Below, one piece after another: positions 47,301 through 63,100 of a stretch of 64,000 nucleotides of DNA (the first letter of the stretch is position 1; each line of letters starts with the position of its first letter). The translations under genes were made by a program, and so were the position numbers. Under the pieces are notes generated by a model, which searched no databases, had not been told where the DNA came from, and saw only the letters and a program-made list of their open reading frames with translations. This DNA is from Lepidodermella squamata (Eukaryota; Animalia; Gastrotricha). Location: NCBI GenBank assembly GCA_047495785.1, contig JBLDXI010000003.1, positions 2,604,001 to 2,668,000 on the forward strand, given 5' to 3'.

Positions 47301-50300
47301 ACACCTTTCAATACCGGGTGCCGCTGATGATGATGCACGTGGCGTCGTTTTGGAGGCGGCGCGCCGACACATGAAAAATAATAATTTGTTCATAATCATC
47401 GCCTAATAATTTGCTTATTTATTATTACGAGTGCGCATTTTTAAACACGGCCGCGCGTTATCTTTTCCTGTCTTGTTTGTTTATGAACCGGCCGCAACGA
47501 CTCGCAGCTTCGGGCCTTGTGTCCTCGCCCAAGCCGAACCTCGAGACCCGGGGGCTATCGGCCGAGTGCGAGTGACCAGGTAATAATTAGTGACACAATT
47601 TCCTATAGTAGTAATAAATCAAAATTCCTCTTTGTTTATTGGCGGCGGCGCGGTGATTTATTGTGGCCTGTGAGGGTTATCTCGCGGCTATGAAGCCTGC
47701 CTGACATGACCGCGATGTGACTGACTGGCTGGTATTCCGGATGGAATTCGGCGCGTTATCGCTTCGAATTTTTCAGAACGCCAATTATCGCGCAATGAGT
47801 AAATATCATTAGCGATAGCCGTTTTTAGGCATAGCCGCGATATTACTATATTTTACTACTGGAGTGGCTTAGTTACTCAATTAGCGCCAACGATACCTTT
47901 CGAAATATTCAAACATTCGGAACAATGCAACAGCTTTTCGTTAAAAAAATCGTTGATATTATATGCTACTTTGATGAACCAATAATATTTATTCGTTTTC
48001 TCGTGCGCTATTTTCTCATAAATTTTATAATTTTTTCTGTAGTGTGGGCCACTTGAAACTGATGTTTTGATAATCAGCTGTCATCTTTCACCTTGGCTCT
48101 TCATCGGCAATTTCAGGAATGAACTCGGAATCAAGTGCGAGTAAACTTTTTGGTAACATTATTAATTCTGTATTCTGCATCCCATACCCGACGCAAATAT
48201 TTACCGAAAAAAGCGATGGTCATCGCAACATTTAACCTGCTGGTCATTGCGTTTAATATCCGCTATATCGCTCTTCATCATCATCGCCGTCATAAATCGT
48301 CGTGGTTTTACGACCAGACCATTTCGGCTGTTTTACACTAACCAACTGCTTCAGGTACTTATTGCGACAACCACGCGTGCTACCTGCCATCATGCGATTA
48401 TATCAAACGAATTTACGAGTTTAAAACACCACCTTGGGTAATAAAACCCCATAACAGCTTCATCAGCGTAGCTTCAGACTCACTTATAATAAATACAAAC
48501 AACCGGGTTATACCTATCTCTCTCGCTTTGAGAACTCAGAGAATAACGCAGGTGAGGATAAATCTCGCACATTTTTATGCATACTTATAGTGTATTTACA
48601 AGTGCGACGACATTGACATGCGCATCATCTCCTCTTGTTCCAACACAAATAAATTAGCATGCTATTTATTTACAAATAATGATAATCAAGACTGACCCGC
48701 GCGCATCTTTTTCGCATTTCTTTTGATGAGGGCGTGCCGCTTTTTATGACTGCCGGGTTTTATTATTATTAGCAGGTTATGATTTTGAGAATAAGTGCGT
48801 AGGCGGTTTTTCTTTGTTGAGGCAGATAACGAGTACCTGCCGAGCGATCAGTGCGCTTGGTCAAACACATCAACACGCTTAGCTTATCGAAGAAAATAGA
48901 CACAAGTGCGGCTTCGCATTTTAATCGAATTTCAATTCATATCGTTTACACTCGAACGCGCGCGCGGCTTCCTTAAAAGTTTTACACGCACACATAGAGA
49001 CGCCGCCGCCTCTCAGTTGGCTTCTTTCACACCCTCGTGATGTCTGCTGCTGGCTGTAATTTTCGCAATTTAACGTTTGCGTTATACAGAGCAAGAAGCA
49101 TCGCGTGTTGCTGCGGAACTAAATCGAGCGTTACGATACAACTTTTTCGGCAGCGCACGCTACTAGTCGCTTAACATGCTAAATTGTAATATTTGTTATT
49201 GAAATTACGAAAGATTTCGCGCCTTCATAACGGCGCCCTGCTACTCTCGCTCGATTTAAGTAGGTTATCGCAACAACCAGACGTGAAGATGCGCGACCTG
49301 TCCCCACTGCTGCTACCTGTGTGTTCTGTTTATTTTACCCTGGGCTTAATCTCCGGCGCGCGAAATTTTAAGGCGGACTTTTCCGCGTCCAGAAACGCGC
49401 CAATTGTCACGTTTTCACGCGCTTTCTTTTTCCACTTCATTGGCACTTGGTCGTCGGCGCTGCGATCTTGTTTTATGGGGGTCAGACGTGGCCAGCTGGA
49501 AGATGATAAATTGCATTAGGCTACATACTATTCGTGCGACGATGGCCTCGATGGTAATAATTAACTGTTTTAAGGCGGCTATCACAAATTATAACTCAAC
49601 TCATCAACGTCGCTTGTCTTTTCTCTCGAGCTGAGAACATCTGCGTCTTTGCGCCACTTCCGGCTGTTATACTCAATGAAAATGGCGGTTCTTCGCTTTG
49701 ACGTAGATAGTTTATTATTTGTCAACAACATTAACTAGGCTGCTCATCTCTTCTTGTCATGTTTATTATGTTTCATCGTTTGGTGTCTGCACTAAATTTT
49801 CTTCTTCCACTACAACTGTACTTCGCCTATTATTCAATTAAATGACAGCAAACTTGGATTTGTGCAAGCGATCGCCTGCGGCTGTTATGAAATCCGAGCG
49901 CACGCTGTTGGCTGCTAAAATTTTCTCGCCCAGCTTAAAACCGACCGACCACCAACCGCGAGCTACTACGCCCGCTTTTAATGAGCAATCGTGCGCGTCT
50001 CGACGTGTGATATCGAGACTATTATAACTGGTCGCTCTAAATAATAAATAATATTTACCTTTGGTTATAGAGAGAGAGACCCGTTGACAGCCTTTACGCT
50101 GCTGGCATAACCGCAAGAAATTTATTATTAGGTTCGTTATAGCGTGCTTAAGAGTTCGAAATCGGTGATTAAATTTTTAAAAATTTATTTGCGTGCCGAG
50201 TTATTTTTTCATGATTTATTTGTAGTTTTTAACCATTTCCCGCGAGATGTGCGCGCAGTGTGTTTACTCGACCTTTTATTGCCTTATTTTAAGGTGGATT

Positions 50301-51187
50301 TTTCTTAGCAATTTGTTGTTGTTTGTTATCATTACTAAATACACCGTCTTTATTAAATGATTTGACCGCATGCGCGCGCTCACTTTGTGATATTTTATTT
50401 GCAGGGCGGCAGGCAACGTGCTTATAATATTGTTGAATCGAATCGAAATAGCAAACTACTACTACTATTGCAGATCATCGGGCCTTATTACAACTTGTTT
50501 AGCCCCTGCTTTCGGCGCACTTTGCCCGCGTGCAGGCGCGGATGCATTTGTTTACGCACGCGGATCTTCTTGCGCTCACCCGCCTTCTTGCCAGCAAGAA
50601 GAAGAAAATATCAATAATAATATCTCGTCGTGTCCATTTTGGGCCATAAATAATATGAATATAATAACAGTAATCATAAACTTACTAATTTCTTTATTTT
50701 CACTGGCTGTTATGTGATGAGTCCTTCCCTCCTATTCCCATCCAATGTTTTCTAGCATCATAATAACGGTATAATCGTGATATCGTTTACGTTATCGTCA
50801 TCACTTGCTTATTGTTATTATTCTTGGATAACACGTATGTGCAGCTGGGCGTGCACGTGCAACAATAACGACCGTCGATCATCCGTAACCGCGATACGCA
50901 CCCATCATCTCATCATCTTATCTCTTCTCTCCATAATTACTCGATGGCTGTTCCGCGCTCAACTATTCACTGAAGCACGCACACTCGCTAATTTTAACCC
51001 AAATGTTTACGTTTTTCAAGTTCACGCCACACTTGAAATTTCTAATTGCTACTTGTTTCCTAGGTAAATGATAGTTTAACGTGACCTCTTGAAATTTCAG
51101 GAAATAAGTTTCTAATTCACAATTTTGACTAGATTGTTAATTGTGATAAAGTGATTATTGGTGCAAAATGTTTGTTAACGATGGCTC

Positions 51188-54100
51188 ATGATGAGACAGC
51201 CGACGAAAATGTTGATTCGTCGCCGATTGAAGCCAGTCGCTGTCTGGCTGACCATCCTACTGGTCAACTGCCTCTCCTCCTTTTTACTCGTCGTTTCTCT
51301 TGCCGAACAAATCTACCACGCCCAGATCGATGAAGAGCAACCAGTCGGCCACGTGGTTCTATCCTTATTACCAAACGGCCGATCTTCACCGGCTGGCAGG
51401 TTGGTTCTGCTGCCGTCGACGAGTGAAGACGAGAAATATTTCGCCTTCAAACCGCCACATTCGAGTAATTTAACCGTGACGCGGCGGTTAGATTTCGAAA
51501 ATTTTAAGAAGCGGGCGAAAAATACCGGCGTTGTCACGCTGCAATTGAACGTCGGTCTTCAAGACGGGTCGAACTTCGGGCTGATCGAAATCGACCTGGC
51601 CGACATCAACGACAACGCGCCGCAATTTCCTAAGAAAAATTACGACGTGACCTTTTCGGAGGTTTCAGACAAGGCCGGCTCGCGGCGTTTATTAGACGCG
51701 GCGTCTGACCTAGATTCCAACGAAAACGGGGTCGATTTAAATTCTTATTCCATCGTATCAGGCAATGAAGAAGGCCTGTTTCGATTGATTGCCGAGGGTG
51801 ATGGCAAGTTATTCATCGAACTAGTCGCTCCTGAGTTGGATCGCGAGCAAGCGGCCGTTCATCGCCTTCAAATTGCGGCACGTGATAAAGGCTCGCCCGC
51901 GCTCAGTGGTTACGCAATCGTTGTCGTTACAGTTGCGGATGCGAACGACAACGCGCCGCGATGCCAAGACCTGGCGATAAATGTGACAGCGACAGCGCCG
52001 AAATCGCTTCAAGGCATTCGCTCGTTCGCGATTGCGGCCAGTGATCAAGACGACGGCGCAAATGGCCAGGTGCGCAGTTTTGCGCTGACGCAACTGCCCG
52101 GCTCGCTCGGGCCGCGCTGGCCCGTCGTGGTCGTCGACGAAAAATCAGGCGCGTTGACCCTGCCGCAATCGGGCGGTCTGGCTTGCCGTGATCCATGCCC
52201 GCAACTCCCTCCTACGCAATTTTCATGCTGCTTCTATCAAGTAAGATTTTTTAAAAACGCCTCCTTAATTTTTTATTTTAATGATTTTTTTCATATTAAT
52301 TCTAATTTAATAATTCTTGTTTTAATAATTGATTTTAATTTAATTTAATTTTTTTCTAGGTCACTGTAACAGACAACGGTGAAGTGCCACTGTCGGGTTC
52401 TTGCCGCCTAACGACAGTAGTCGAGTACACGAATGCTCACGCTCCGGTTATCAGCATTCGCCCGGCAATCGGCCAGTTGACCTTGACCCCGAAAAACTCG
52501 GCCTCAAACGACGCAATTTTGTCCCTCGTCGTCGTTACCGATGCCGATTCCGGGCTGGGTGGACTGGTCAGTGCTGAACTTGTCGCGGCCGACCCGCGCT
52601 CTAGCCATTTTCTACTGGCTGAGAAAACCGCCCGCCCGGGTTTCGTCATTTATTCTCTCAAATTGATACGTGATTTCGACTGGAAATCAAACCATGGTAA
52701 TTTTAAACTAATTTTTTTATTCGATTTTTTAATTTTTTTATATTTCAGATCTCAATTCTTTCAATTTAACTATTCAAGCGAGTGATTCTGCCGTGCCTCC
52801 TAAAATATCTTTTTCTAATCTGAAAATCGCCTTTGAGAACACAGCCGCCGAACAGCAACCGCGGAGTTACGCCGCTATTCAACCTCGCTCGGCCGGTTCA
52901 TCGCCAGAAGCTTCCAAAGTGCCGCGATTCTCGCCATCTATCTACCACGCTTCAGTTCAAGAAAATCTAGCCATTGGAACACCAATTCTTCGGCCTAATT
53001 TCATTGCTTCAAATGTGTCGCAATGCATTTTCAGGCTGAAATACCCGAGTTCTTATTCGCCCCGGCAACGGCCGTTTGACATTCACAGGCCAAGCGGGGT
53101 GGTTACAACTCGATTTTCGCTTGACCGAGAGGCTTTTCTACCGAAATCAAGCGCTGATTTTAACATAACCGCAAACTGCTCGTTGCCAAACGGGATTTAT
53201 TCGCTCACATCCGCTCAAATCTACGTGAAAATATTGGACGAAAACGACAATGCGCCTCAATTTAACGCGACTGAATTTCAGCTATCGATACCGCTGAGTA
53301 AAGATAACCTCGCGTATTCAGTCGCTATAACTGCAAATGACCTCGATTTTGGCTCAAATTCTTCGTTAACTTATTTCATCACAAATTCATCGTCGCCGGG
53401 CGTGGCTATCAAATCAACAACTGGTTTAGTCACATTTTCCGGATTTGTTTATCCCACCGCTGTTTCGTTCAAAGTCTGCGCGAGAGATCAAGGCGGTCTT
53501 GTGAATTGCGTTCCAGTTTTCGCGAAATTTCACTCGACGCTCAAAAACTCGCTGCGATTTTCGCAGAATTTCTACTATTTCGCCCTGCCGCAGTTCGGTA
53601 TCGGATTTATCGGTTGCGTTAAGGTGGCTGATTCTAAATCCGGCGTCACGTTCAAAATCACCAGCGGTCCAATTGGTTTTTCGATTCATTCTAAATCGGG
53701 TTGCATTTTCGTGACAAATGTAGAGGCGACGAAGAAATCGCCGTTGGTCAAGCTGGAAGTTGAGGCGGCGTCGAATGGCGGTGATTTATCGGCGAAAAGT
53801 GAAGTGTTGCTGTTTAAGGCGGAGATCGGGCCGGCGGGTAATGTGTCGCTAAGCACGCGCGATTTGCCGGCTGATTTGCGGCTGTATGTGCCTGATCTTG
53901 ATAGCGTGGCTAAGTTCACGCCGGCTAACCCTACGCCGGGTTTAGAAATCGCCGCAAATGGTCGGATTTCGATTATTAGCAACGCCGATGTGCCTATAAT
54001 AGCAACTATTTACGCATCGAACGCCACCACGTTTCAGCGATTAGTCGTTCAAATTAGCCGGCCAGACGACGATGAAGTCGCGACTGAAATTAGCGAAGAT

Positions 54101-57100
54101 GAGCCTGAGCTGCGCCTTAATATCGACCGATCGACGCCGCTTTTCGCGTGTCTGCGCCGCCTTAATGCCGATTGGCGGTGTAAAATCACGTCCGATCTCA
54201 TCGCTATTAACAACAACTGCCTAGTGCTATCGAAGCTCAAGCCATTCAGCCGGGTATCAACGGCTCAAACAATCGATTTAAATTGCCTGGATCAAAATCG
54301 AAAATTGGTGTTAAATTTCGATGAATCGCGTAGTTTTATCGATTTTTCGGCGCAAAAATCGATTTTATACGTGAATCGATCGATTGATCGGAAATTTAAC
54401 GAACCGGCCTATCAGTTGCCCTACCCTGTTCTACCAGTCCAGGGCGATTCTTGGCTAATCACCTCAACCGGATCGTTATTCTTACTACCAACTAGCTCAA
54501 AATCGGCTAAACAATCGATTTCAGTCGCGGATTTGTGGCTTGGCGAAAATTTCGGGTTGATCAGCCGTGAATTAGCCTTAGTTTTCAGCCGCGAGAAATC
54601 GGCAGCGCAGAATAAGCCGTGTCTATTCCGCGTCCCGGCCGGGGCAAAACCCGGTCAATCAATCGGTAAATTGCGGAATCATTTACCGAAAGATCGATAT
54701 CGATTGATTCGAGATTCACGATTTGTCACGCTTGATTGGACAGCACCGTTTGGCGATGACCTTATTCTGCTCTCACTACCGCCTCTACTCGACTCGCCGA
54801 TCAATCAAACAATTTCGTTTGAAAAAATTGCTGATAAATCAATTTCAACGTGTCAAGTTCAATTCCCGAAACAGAAAATTTCGCTCGCTGAAACGAGGCA
54901 GAATAACGAAATTTTGTTATTCGATCAATTTTTGCCAGCTCGTTCGCCTGTTTTCGACCTGAGTGAAATATTAAGGTGGCGGCGGAAAGTATCTGAAAAA
55001 TCGAATTTCGCCGAAATTGATGAAATTAATCAGCGGCTTCGTTTGACGCTAGATCATCGTGTGAGAAATTTTTCAATCGAATTAATTTCTGCTGACGAAT
55101 CGAGCGTGGACGATAGTAGCGGCGAGATGATAGCTGCCGCGATGCTGGCGTCGCCGGATCGATTTCATTACTATCAGCGAAAACAACAACAACAAACAAG
55201 TGTTAGCGTAATTTCGCGGCGGCCGATAACAAGTGGCGAATCGTTGTTGCCGCCGCTGCAACTTGTTGTCGATGAAATGCGAAACTCGGCGCTTGATTTC
55301 GCTGTCTCATCAAGCGGCGGCCCGGCGAAAACAGGCGATGGCGTAACGACCACGTGCTCGTTGGTGGTAAATGATCTTGAAAGTGTGTCGGCGCCTGCCG
55401 GCGGCGCCGCTGCTGCTCGCGTTATTTTCAGGCCCGGCTTCTTGCGGCGGCCTGGTTTCGGCGAAAGCGTTGCCTTTTCGCTGATGAGTGATGGCGCGTC
55501 GAAGTCTGGCCTGTTCAAGATTAACAACGCGACTGGCGAGGTTACCATGACCGGTTTTGCCGACAATGAAACGGAAAATTTCCAGGTAAATGATGCGGAA
55601 AAACTCGGGAAATGAAAGAATATTTAAGGAAAATTATACATGACATGAATATAACTGCAGCAAGGCGAGAAAGTTGAAATTAAATGAAATTGAAATTTGA
55701 AAAAAATCACTTTAAAAAATATAGTTCAATTCTTAAAATTATTATGAATGTAATTTTCTACCAAAATTTAAAAAGTCAAAAATTCAATTTCATTTTGAAA
55801 AATTTGAAAAATTTAAAAATAAATTTTTGAATTTCTGAGTTCGATGTGAAGGAGTAAAAGCTTTATTTCTGTCAATTATTCAGACTTCAGATTAAAAAAT
55901 TGATCAAATTCTAAAAATTGAGCGAATCTTTGTAAAATTTCAAAAATTTAAATAATCGCGAATTTTCTTTTAATTTTGTGATTTTTTACCAGGTTGTTGC
56001 CACTCGTTGGGAGGATGGCTCCACTTTCAACATCAAGTGTCAAGTGAAATTCGCCTCACTATCGACCTCAGCTTCGATCAGATCCGGCCAAGCTTCGCAT
56101 TATCTGCCAATCTATCGATTCAACCTAGAAGAGCCTCAGAGCGAGACTACAATTGAGCAGTTGGCAATCACCCCTCGCCGGCAATCGAACCCTAGTTCAT
56201 CGATGTCAGCAACCTTGGAATATCGCCTCGTTTCGATTCAACCGCCTAAAATCGACGCGGCTATCGATCACAAAACTGGCGTTATTTCGCTAGGATTCGA
56301 TCGAAAAATTATGCAAGGCCGGTCTGATGGTGCTTTTCAAGTCATTTTAACAGTTGATGTAGCAAAAGTAAGTTAGAGAAAAATTGTCTCAAATTTATAA
56401 ATAAATTAAAATGAAAAATCTGAAAATTCCCAGTCAATAATTCTTTGAATAAAGGAATAAAATTGATAATTTTTTCATTAATTGACTAATTATTTATTTA
56501 TTTTTAGCGGAATTTGCTGACCGGTCAAATGGTGCCAGTTGAGCTTGCGAAGGAAATCGTGGTTCAAATTCGATCGAGCCCACTTCGCCAGTCATCAGTT
56601 CGAGCATTGGCGAGTTCAAGCCCGGCAAATCCCGGCTCGCTGTTCCCACGCTCCCGGCTTTTCACCATCCCGGCAACCGCCTCAATCCCCTACGTCCTAC
56701 CCGTCGACTTTTCTTATTTCTCACAACAAGCTGAACTAAACCCGGCGATGAAAACAATCCTGCGATCCCCAGACGGGTGTCTCCGCATCGATTGGCCGAA
56801 TAACCGGATAATGCTAGTCAAATATTTCCATAACCCGCCGGTTACGACGTGCCAACTCGAGACGGACGCGGATATCTTCAAGTTGACCTTCATGAAAAGC
56901 GACGGATGGACAGATTCCGAGCGCCTCCTCAACATATCATCAATTCCGAGTAACAAAACCGAAATCGTTCTTTCGGAACTATTACCGCCATCGACAATTG
57001 TCGCGAGAATCCAGCCGTTATCGCCGGATACTTCAACAGTCTACCTGGTCGATGTTCAACCAGCCAGTGCAGTTGGCCGGTTTTACGTCACGGAATCGGG

Positions 57101-60100
57101 CGAATTACTGCTGCACGACCAGTTGGACTACGACACTGGCGATCGGCAGTTTTCCCTGCGAATCGCCGCCGTTCAATTATCGCCGATTTTCGCCGTTGAA
57201 TTCGCGAATTTAACGCTCAAAGTCAAGGATGAAGACGATTTACCGCCGCTATGCAAATTGCCGCGTCAATTTATCCGGACTCAACTACCCGGGCCGTCGT
57301 CTGAATCTGTTGAAATCGGCATTTCGTCCTCGGAAAACGCCTTCACGTTCGACAATGGCTCAAGACGGCCGAAACGAGTCCGGTTAGGCGATTTGCGGCG
57401 AATGGTAACTGACGCTGATACGGCCCCGGACCAATTGGCATTCCGGCTGGTTTTGGACGATGAAAACGACGATTCGAAAGGTGACGAAGATAATTTGATG
57501 TTTGCAATCGATTCGATGGGCGAATTGACTGGAATTTTCAACAACAACTACCGGCCATCGCAATGGTCCTACGATTTACGGTTCAAGGTTAGTGTTTTTC
57601 GATTTAATTAAGGTGGATTTTTTATGATTTTTTTTCAGGTTGAGTCACCCAGCGGTCTTTCAGCCCAATGCGCTATTTCAATTTTGATCGATAATACGTT
57701 CGATCAAACTGCGATTTCGCCCTGTTCCAGCGACGATCTCTACTTCAGAGTTGGTGAAAATACCGAACCCGGAACGGTTATTGGGAAAATTACCTGCGGT
57801 CTGCCGTCTTTGACCCTGATATCGCCGAATAATAGCGTCGAATTTCCGTTCAAACTACTGACAAGCGGCCATCTTGTACTAGTTTCCAGGCTTGATTTCG
57901 AACGTCAACCCGTCTATCTAGCAGAGGCTTCGATGTTTGATCTCACCAGCCACCAGGTCATCATTCAAGTCCTTGATTGCAACGATCAAGACCCAGTTGT
58001 TGAATTTCCGGATAAAATCGAATTTTCTGTTGTCGAAAATTCGCCGAAAGGCACTCGAATCGGTCAAATAACGGCGTCAGATGGCGATTATGCGATAAAT
58101 TCGCCGCTATCTTACACCCTATCAGCAATCAGCCCGCCGACGGATTGCTTCGAAATCGATCTAGACAGCGGGTTTTTGTACACAACCTGCGAAAATTTGG
58201 ACCGCGAAACGATTGGCGATGACTTTTTCGCGACAATTGTCATTCGAGATCGAGATCTAGAAAGCGGTGAATGTGGCTGGTCGAGTCGAAATTCCGTTGT
58301 CAACGTTCGAATTAAGGTTGAAGATGTCAATGACAACCCGCCGCGGGTTGTTTTTTCCGAAAATTCCGACCTATTCTACGTTGTGGAAGACCGAGGACCT
58401 GGCTATCAAATCGGCTGGTTTCAAGTCATCGACCCCGATATCGAAAATTCCACCTTAATTTCGGCGGAATTACTCGACTACAACGAAACCTTCGCCCTGG
58501 TGACTGATAACGAAAACCCTTCATTAAGGTGGCTGGTTCTTCGTAAATCGGTCGATTTTGAGGTGCAAACGAGTTATGTTGTACCGATTAAGGTGGCTGA
58601 TCAGGGTGGTTTAGCGTCCCAATCGATTTTGGTCGTTAATATCGGCGATTCGAACGAGCACGAGCCGCATTTTTCGCAGAAAATCTACTCATTCGCCTAT
58701 CACCCGAGCAATATTGTAGACACCCAGCTACGGCCGATTGGTCAAATCTGGGCGAGTGACGGCGATGGAGTTGCGTCGGAAAAACTGGAATTTTCGCTAG
58801 TTGATAGTGAAATTTCGCCATTTTTCCATCTCGATAAATGGTCGGGCGAGCTGTTTATCAATCGCCGTTTGACTTCATCGATCGATTTAGCCTTCGAAAA
58901 TAGCTCGAAATCTGTCAATTTAATAGCTGTTGTTTTCGACCGAGCCGGCCATTCCGATAACGCGACTTTGATCATCACTCGAGATTCGGTTGATTTCAAA
59001 GAAAAATCACTAAATTTCACCGCGATTTATCTTCAAATCGCCGAGTTTAATCTCACATATGGCCCGGTTGCTGTGCTAAATGTGTTCGATTTCCTGCCGA
59101 AGATTGACGGGCGATTTATGGGCCTTTCAACTAGCAATGAAGACATCGAAAATGTTTTCGCTATCAACTCGAAAACTGGCGATTTAACGCTGGAAAAATC
59201 GTTGGATTTCGAGAGATTGAAGCCGCAAAATCGGGAAATTCGACTTCGAGCCTCATTTCTCGACGACTCTGGCATTCATCTACCGCCCAGTCTTGACGTG
59301 AAAATCACAGTTCTGGACGTTAATGACAACTACCCGATGATTCTAGGCGGTCCTGTTATGCAGCTAGTTGTCAGCGATGACGTAGCGCCGGGTTCTATCG
59401 TTTGGTCTATCAACGCCTCAGACCTAGATTCAGGCGAAAATGGCCGTTTGAGCTACTCAATGTCCGAACTAAGTGAAGATTTCGAGCTAGATCGAGTGAC
59501 TGGATCACTGAAAGTTGTTCAAAATCTCGACAGGAATCGAAAATCGTTGTACCGATTCGAAATCACGGCTTCAGATCACGGTTTTCCGATCGCGTTAAAA
59601 TCCACCTTAATTCTTGAAATCAACATTATTTCGAGTGTTTCACGTCAAAACCTGGCGACAAGTGGTCTGGAAATGACGACGGGAATTTTTGAGTTCTACT
59701 TACCACTAAATCCGCCGGTTGATTTGATTGTTGGGGCTGTTTCAGCCCTGGCTAGTGACACGTCAACCCCGCGGTTCAGCTTGAGTGACGGCGATTCTCG
59801 GCTATTTTCCATCGGCCCAGCGTCTGGTATCATCCGAACCCGGCAGATGTTGTTCGTATTCGGGCGAAAACGATTCCAATTCACGGCTAATGTCGGAATT
59901 TCAGGTCGATCCAGCTCGTCATCCGCCTCGGTTATCGTCCACCTCAGCGATACAGTACCCGCCGACCCGGGTTTGATGTTCGACCGACCGGAACGGGTGG
60001 TTGAAATTCGAGAACTGGCTGAAATGGGCGCGTTAGTCGCTAATATGTCGCAATCTCTTCGAACATCGGCGAAAGACGTCTTCTTTACGATTATCGGTGG

Positions 60101-63100
60101 TAACTTCGACTACGCGTTCAATATCGACCCGGCTACCGGGGTTATCCGGGTCGCGCGGCAGTTGGACTTCGAATCAATCAATGTATACCATTTACTGGTC
60201 AAGGCTGAGTTGAGTTCGAACCCGAACGCGTTTGTCTACGCCACGGTTGGCGTCATTGTTACCGATGAGGAGGACAGCTCGCCGGTTTTTGTGTCACCCA
60301 GTACAAACCCGGCGGTTATCAAAATACCGAAATCGGTAAAACCAGGTTCGGTAATTTTAACCGCGACCGCCCGTGACCCGGATAGTCCGAGGGCGCGGCT
60401 TTTCAACTACGTCATCAATAACGACAACCCGGAGTTACCGCTTGGAATAGACCCGGACCAGGGTTTAGTCACCCTAACCGCCCCGTTGAACCAGGACCTG
60501 AAGAAAACCGAATTTCGATTCACGGTTCAAGCCCTTGCGTCTCTCTCGCCCGACCGATTGATTGTCTCGTCAATCCCGAGAAAATCGAGTCCGTTGGAAA
60601 TTCGATTGATTATCGACAGCGATGAAAGTCATATCGATAAGAAATTGAATCTACACGCGCCGGTTTTTACCCGGCAACATTCTGGGCAGGTGAAATCAAG
60701 CGCGCCCATCGGTTGGCCGGTTCTTAAGGTGGCTGCTTCCGACCCTGATGGCGATGATTCATCGCTGAGATTTTCGATCGAAGACCCAAATCAATCGTTC
60801 CCGTTTGAAATCGATAACAACACCGGGGTGATGTTTGTGTCTCGCAGGGTTGATGACCTAGTTTCGGACATTTACGTGCCTGTCCTCGTTTCGGACGGGC
60901 GGCATCGAACGCGGACGAATGTGCATATCGAAGTGATTTCTGACGATAAATCGAACGAAAATGAAAGTTCGAACTACGTCGAATTCGACCGTGATACTTA
61001 CGCGATTGATGTCGACGATAATTGGCCGTCTTCCAAGCCTTTTCTCCGCGTTTTCGGGTATACTGCCGTTAAGCCAATCGCCTATTCAATCCCTCACCCT
61101 TCCGTCGATCATTTGATTGGGGTGAACGCGACAACGGGAGAGTTGGCGTTGAAAGCTAATCGACGCCTGCCATTCGGGGGCGGAGCTTTGTCGTTCAAAG
61201 TTCGCGCGTCCTGCCCGTTGCCTGGTTGCTATGACGACGCGACAGTTGTCATCCGCCTTAAACGGCCGCTTGGTGAGCGCTTCAAACTTCGCTCGATGCC
61301 TTTTGGCAATTTGAGCGTGTTTGAAAACGCGACGATTGGCCAAGAAATCGCCGCCTTAATGATTGACCCAATTATCGATTTGCCTGTTCGATTTTTCCTG
61401 ATCGAAGCTGACCCGCCTGGTTATTTCGAGGTGCGGAACTCGTCGTTGATTGTCACGAAACAGTTGGATTTCGAAGATCTAGCGCGGCGTAATTTCCGCG
61501 TGAAAATCGGATCGGCAAGTTTGGCGAAAGATTACGCGGCTCTAGCGATGATTCATACGATTTATGTGTCACTCTTGGATGTCAACGATTGCCCGCCGAT
61601 TTTCGAACTGCCGATAATTCATGCGAATTTGAACCGATCAACGAGTAGTTTTGTGACTCGGCTTGTTGCTAACGATGCTGATGTTACGCCAGCTTTTAGG
61701 TGAGATTTAATCTAGCAAAAATTTCAAAATGCGGAAGAGTCCACAATTTCAATTTGAATTTTTTTCGTCATTTTTGAATACATTTTGAAATTTTGAAATT
61801 TTTTGAATTTTTTGAAATTTGAATTAATGTTGAAAATTTCCGCGAGCTTACTTCTTTCATTCAATTTTAATTCATAATTCAATTCAATTTTTTCAATATT
61901 TTTTATATATTTTAGATTGGTGAATTATCGCATCGCTGAATCGTCATCGAATTTCAGCGGAGTTTCCATCGATCGAGAAAGTGGAACGTTCCGGTTGGCT
62001 GTTCGAAATTTCCTCCTCAAAACGAATTTACCATCATCGCTGATTTTCGATGTGATCGCCTTCAATCCAGATCAACCCAGCTTAATTTCGAAAATGAGTG
62101 TAATCGTCGCAATTTCACCCTCGGAAGAAAAATCGAACGTATCGTCGCCCTGGGGTGAAAAAGATGAGCTGGAAATCCCGCTACCGGAAGATGTTCGGTC
62201 TGCGATCGATTTGCCAGTCGAATCGATGAAAAATTCCGGATATTTCGCATTTTTCAACGAATCAGCCCAAAATTCTTTCTTAATCGACCACAAAACCGGT
62301 CGATTATCGGCGAAAATCGATAAATTGGTCGAAAATACCGAACAAGGCGTTGAAACTCAGCTGGTTTATTTTTCACTTCCGAAACACCGATATTCGATGA
62401 AAAAGCCGAAATTAGTCAAAATTCGAGTGCGGAGGAACCCGGAACGATGGCCATTGGCTAAATGTGAACGTGACAACTACTCGGCTAATATCAGCGATTT
62501 GCTATGGACTTACGGTTCGGCGAATGCTGTTTTCGATATCGTCGAAATTCGAGCGATTTTCGCGAGAAAACAGCGATTCAACATCGCATTCGAACTGGTT
62601 GCCAAGGACGCTGAAACTGCTTCGATGTTCCATATCGACCCTAAGTCAGGGCTAGTCCGGGCTCGGGTACCCAACCAGGCCCTACTACCCGACCACCTTA
62701 ATTTCACGGTGACACCCAGGGTGACTCAGCAATGGACGGCTCCGACTGTGAATTGCTCGCTTCAAATCGGCGTTGCTAGGCACGCTTCGCTATTCCGTCA
62801 GATTCTGCTGGGATTACAGCGTGTTGTTTCATTCGCCGAACTCGAGCAGTTAGAAATCGATGTTATGAATTATCGGCTCGGTTTCAAACTGTCCTACGAT
62901 TGCATCGCTGAACAATCGAATTGCCGCGTGACTTTGATCCATGTCCCGACTGGAATCAGCCGAGAAATCTCGCTGAGCCTAATTTCTCAGCCGATTTCAG
63001 CAGCCCTGGGTCGTCGGAAAATTGCTGATCAATCAACGGCTTGTTCTTCGTCGAGTTCAAACCAAATCGGGTTGAGTTTTCCGAGTGATTTGAAAGGCGC

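Noticed and set aside
1420-48470. Other CUGANGA matches (about 1436, 4807, 9909, 12543, 47325, 48461) as hammerheads
   Set aside because: None has stem II followed by GAAA and stem III.
44400-51100. Short ORFs upstream of the Fat gene
   Set aside because: No motifs or coherent gene model; most likely the regulatory region and 5' UTR of Fat.
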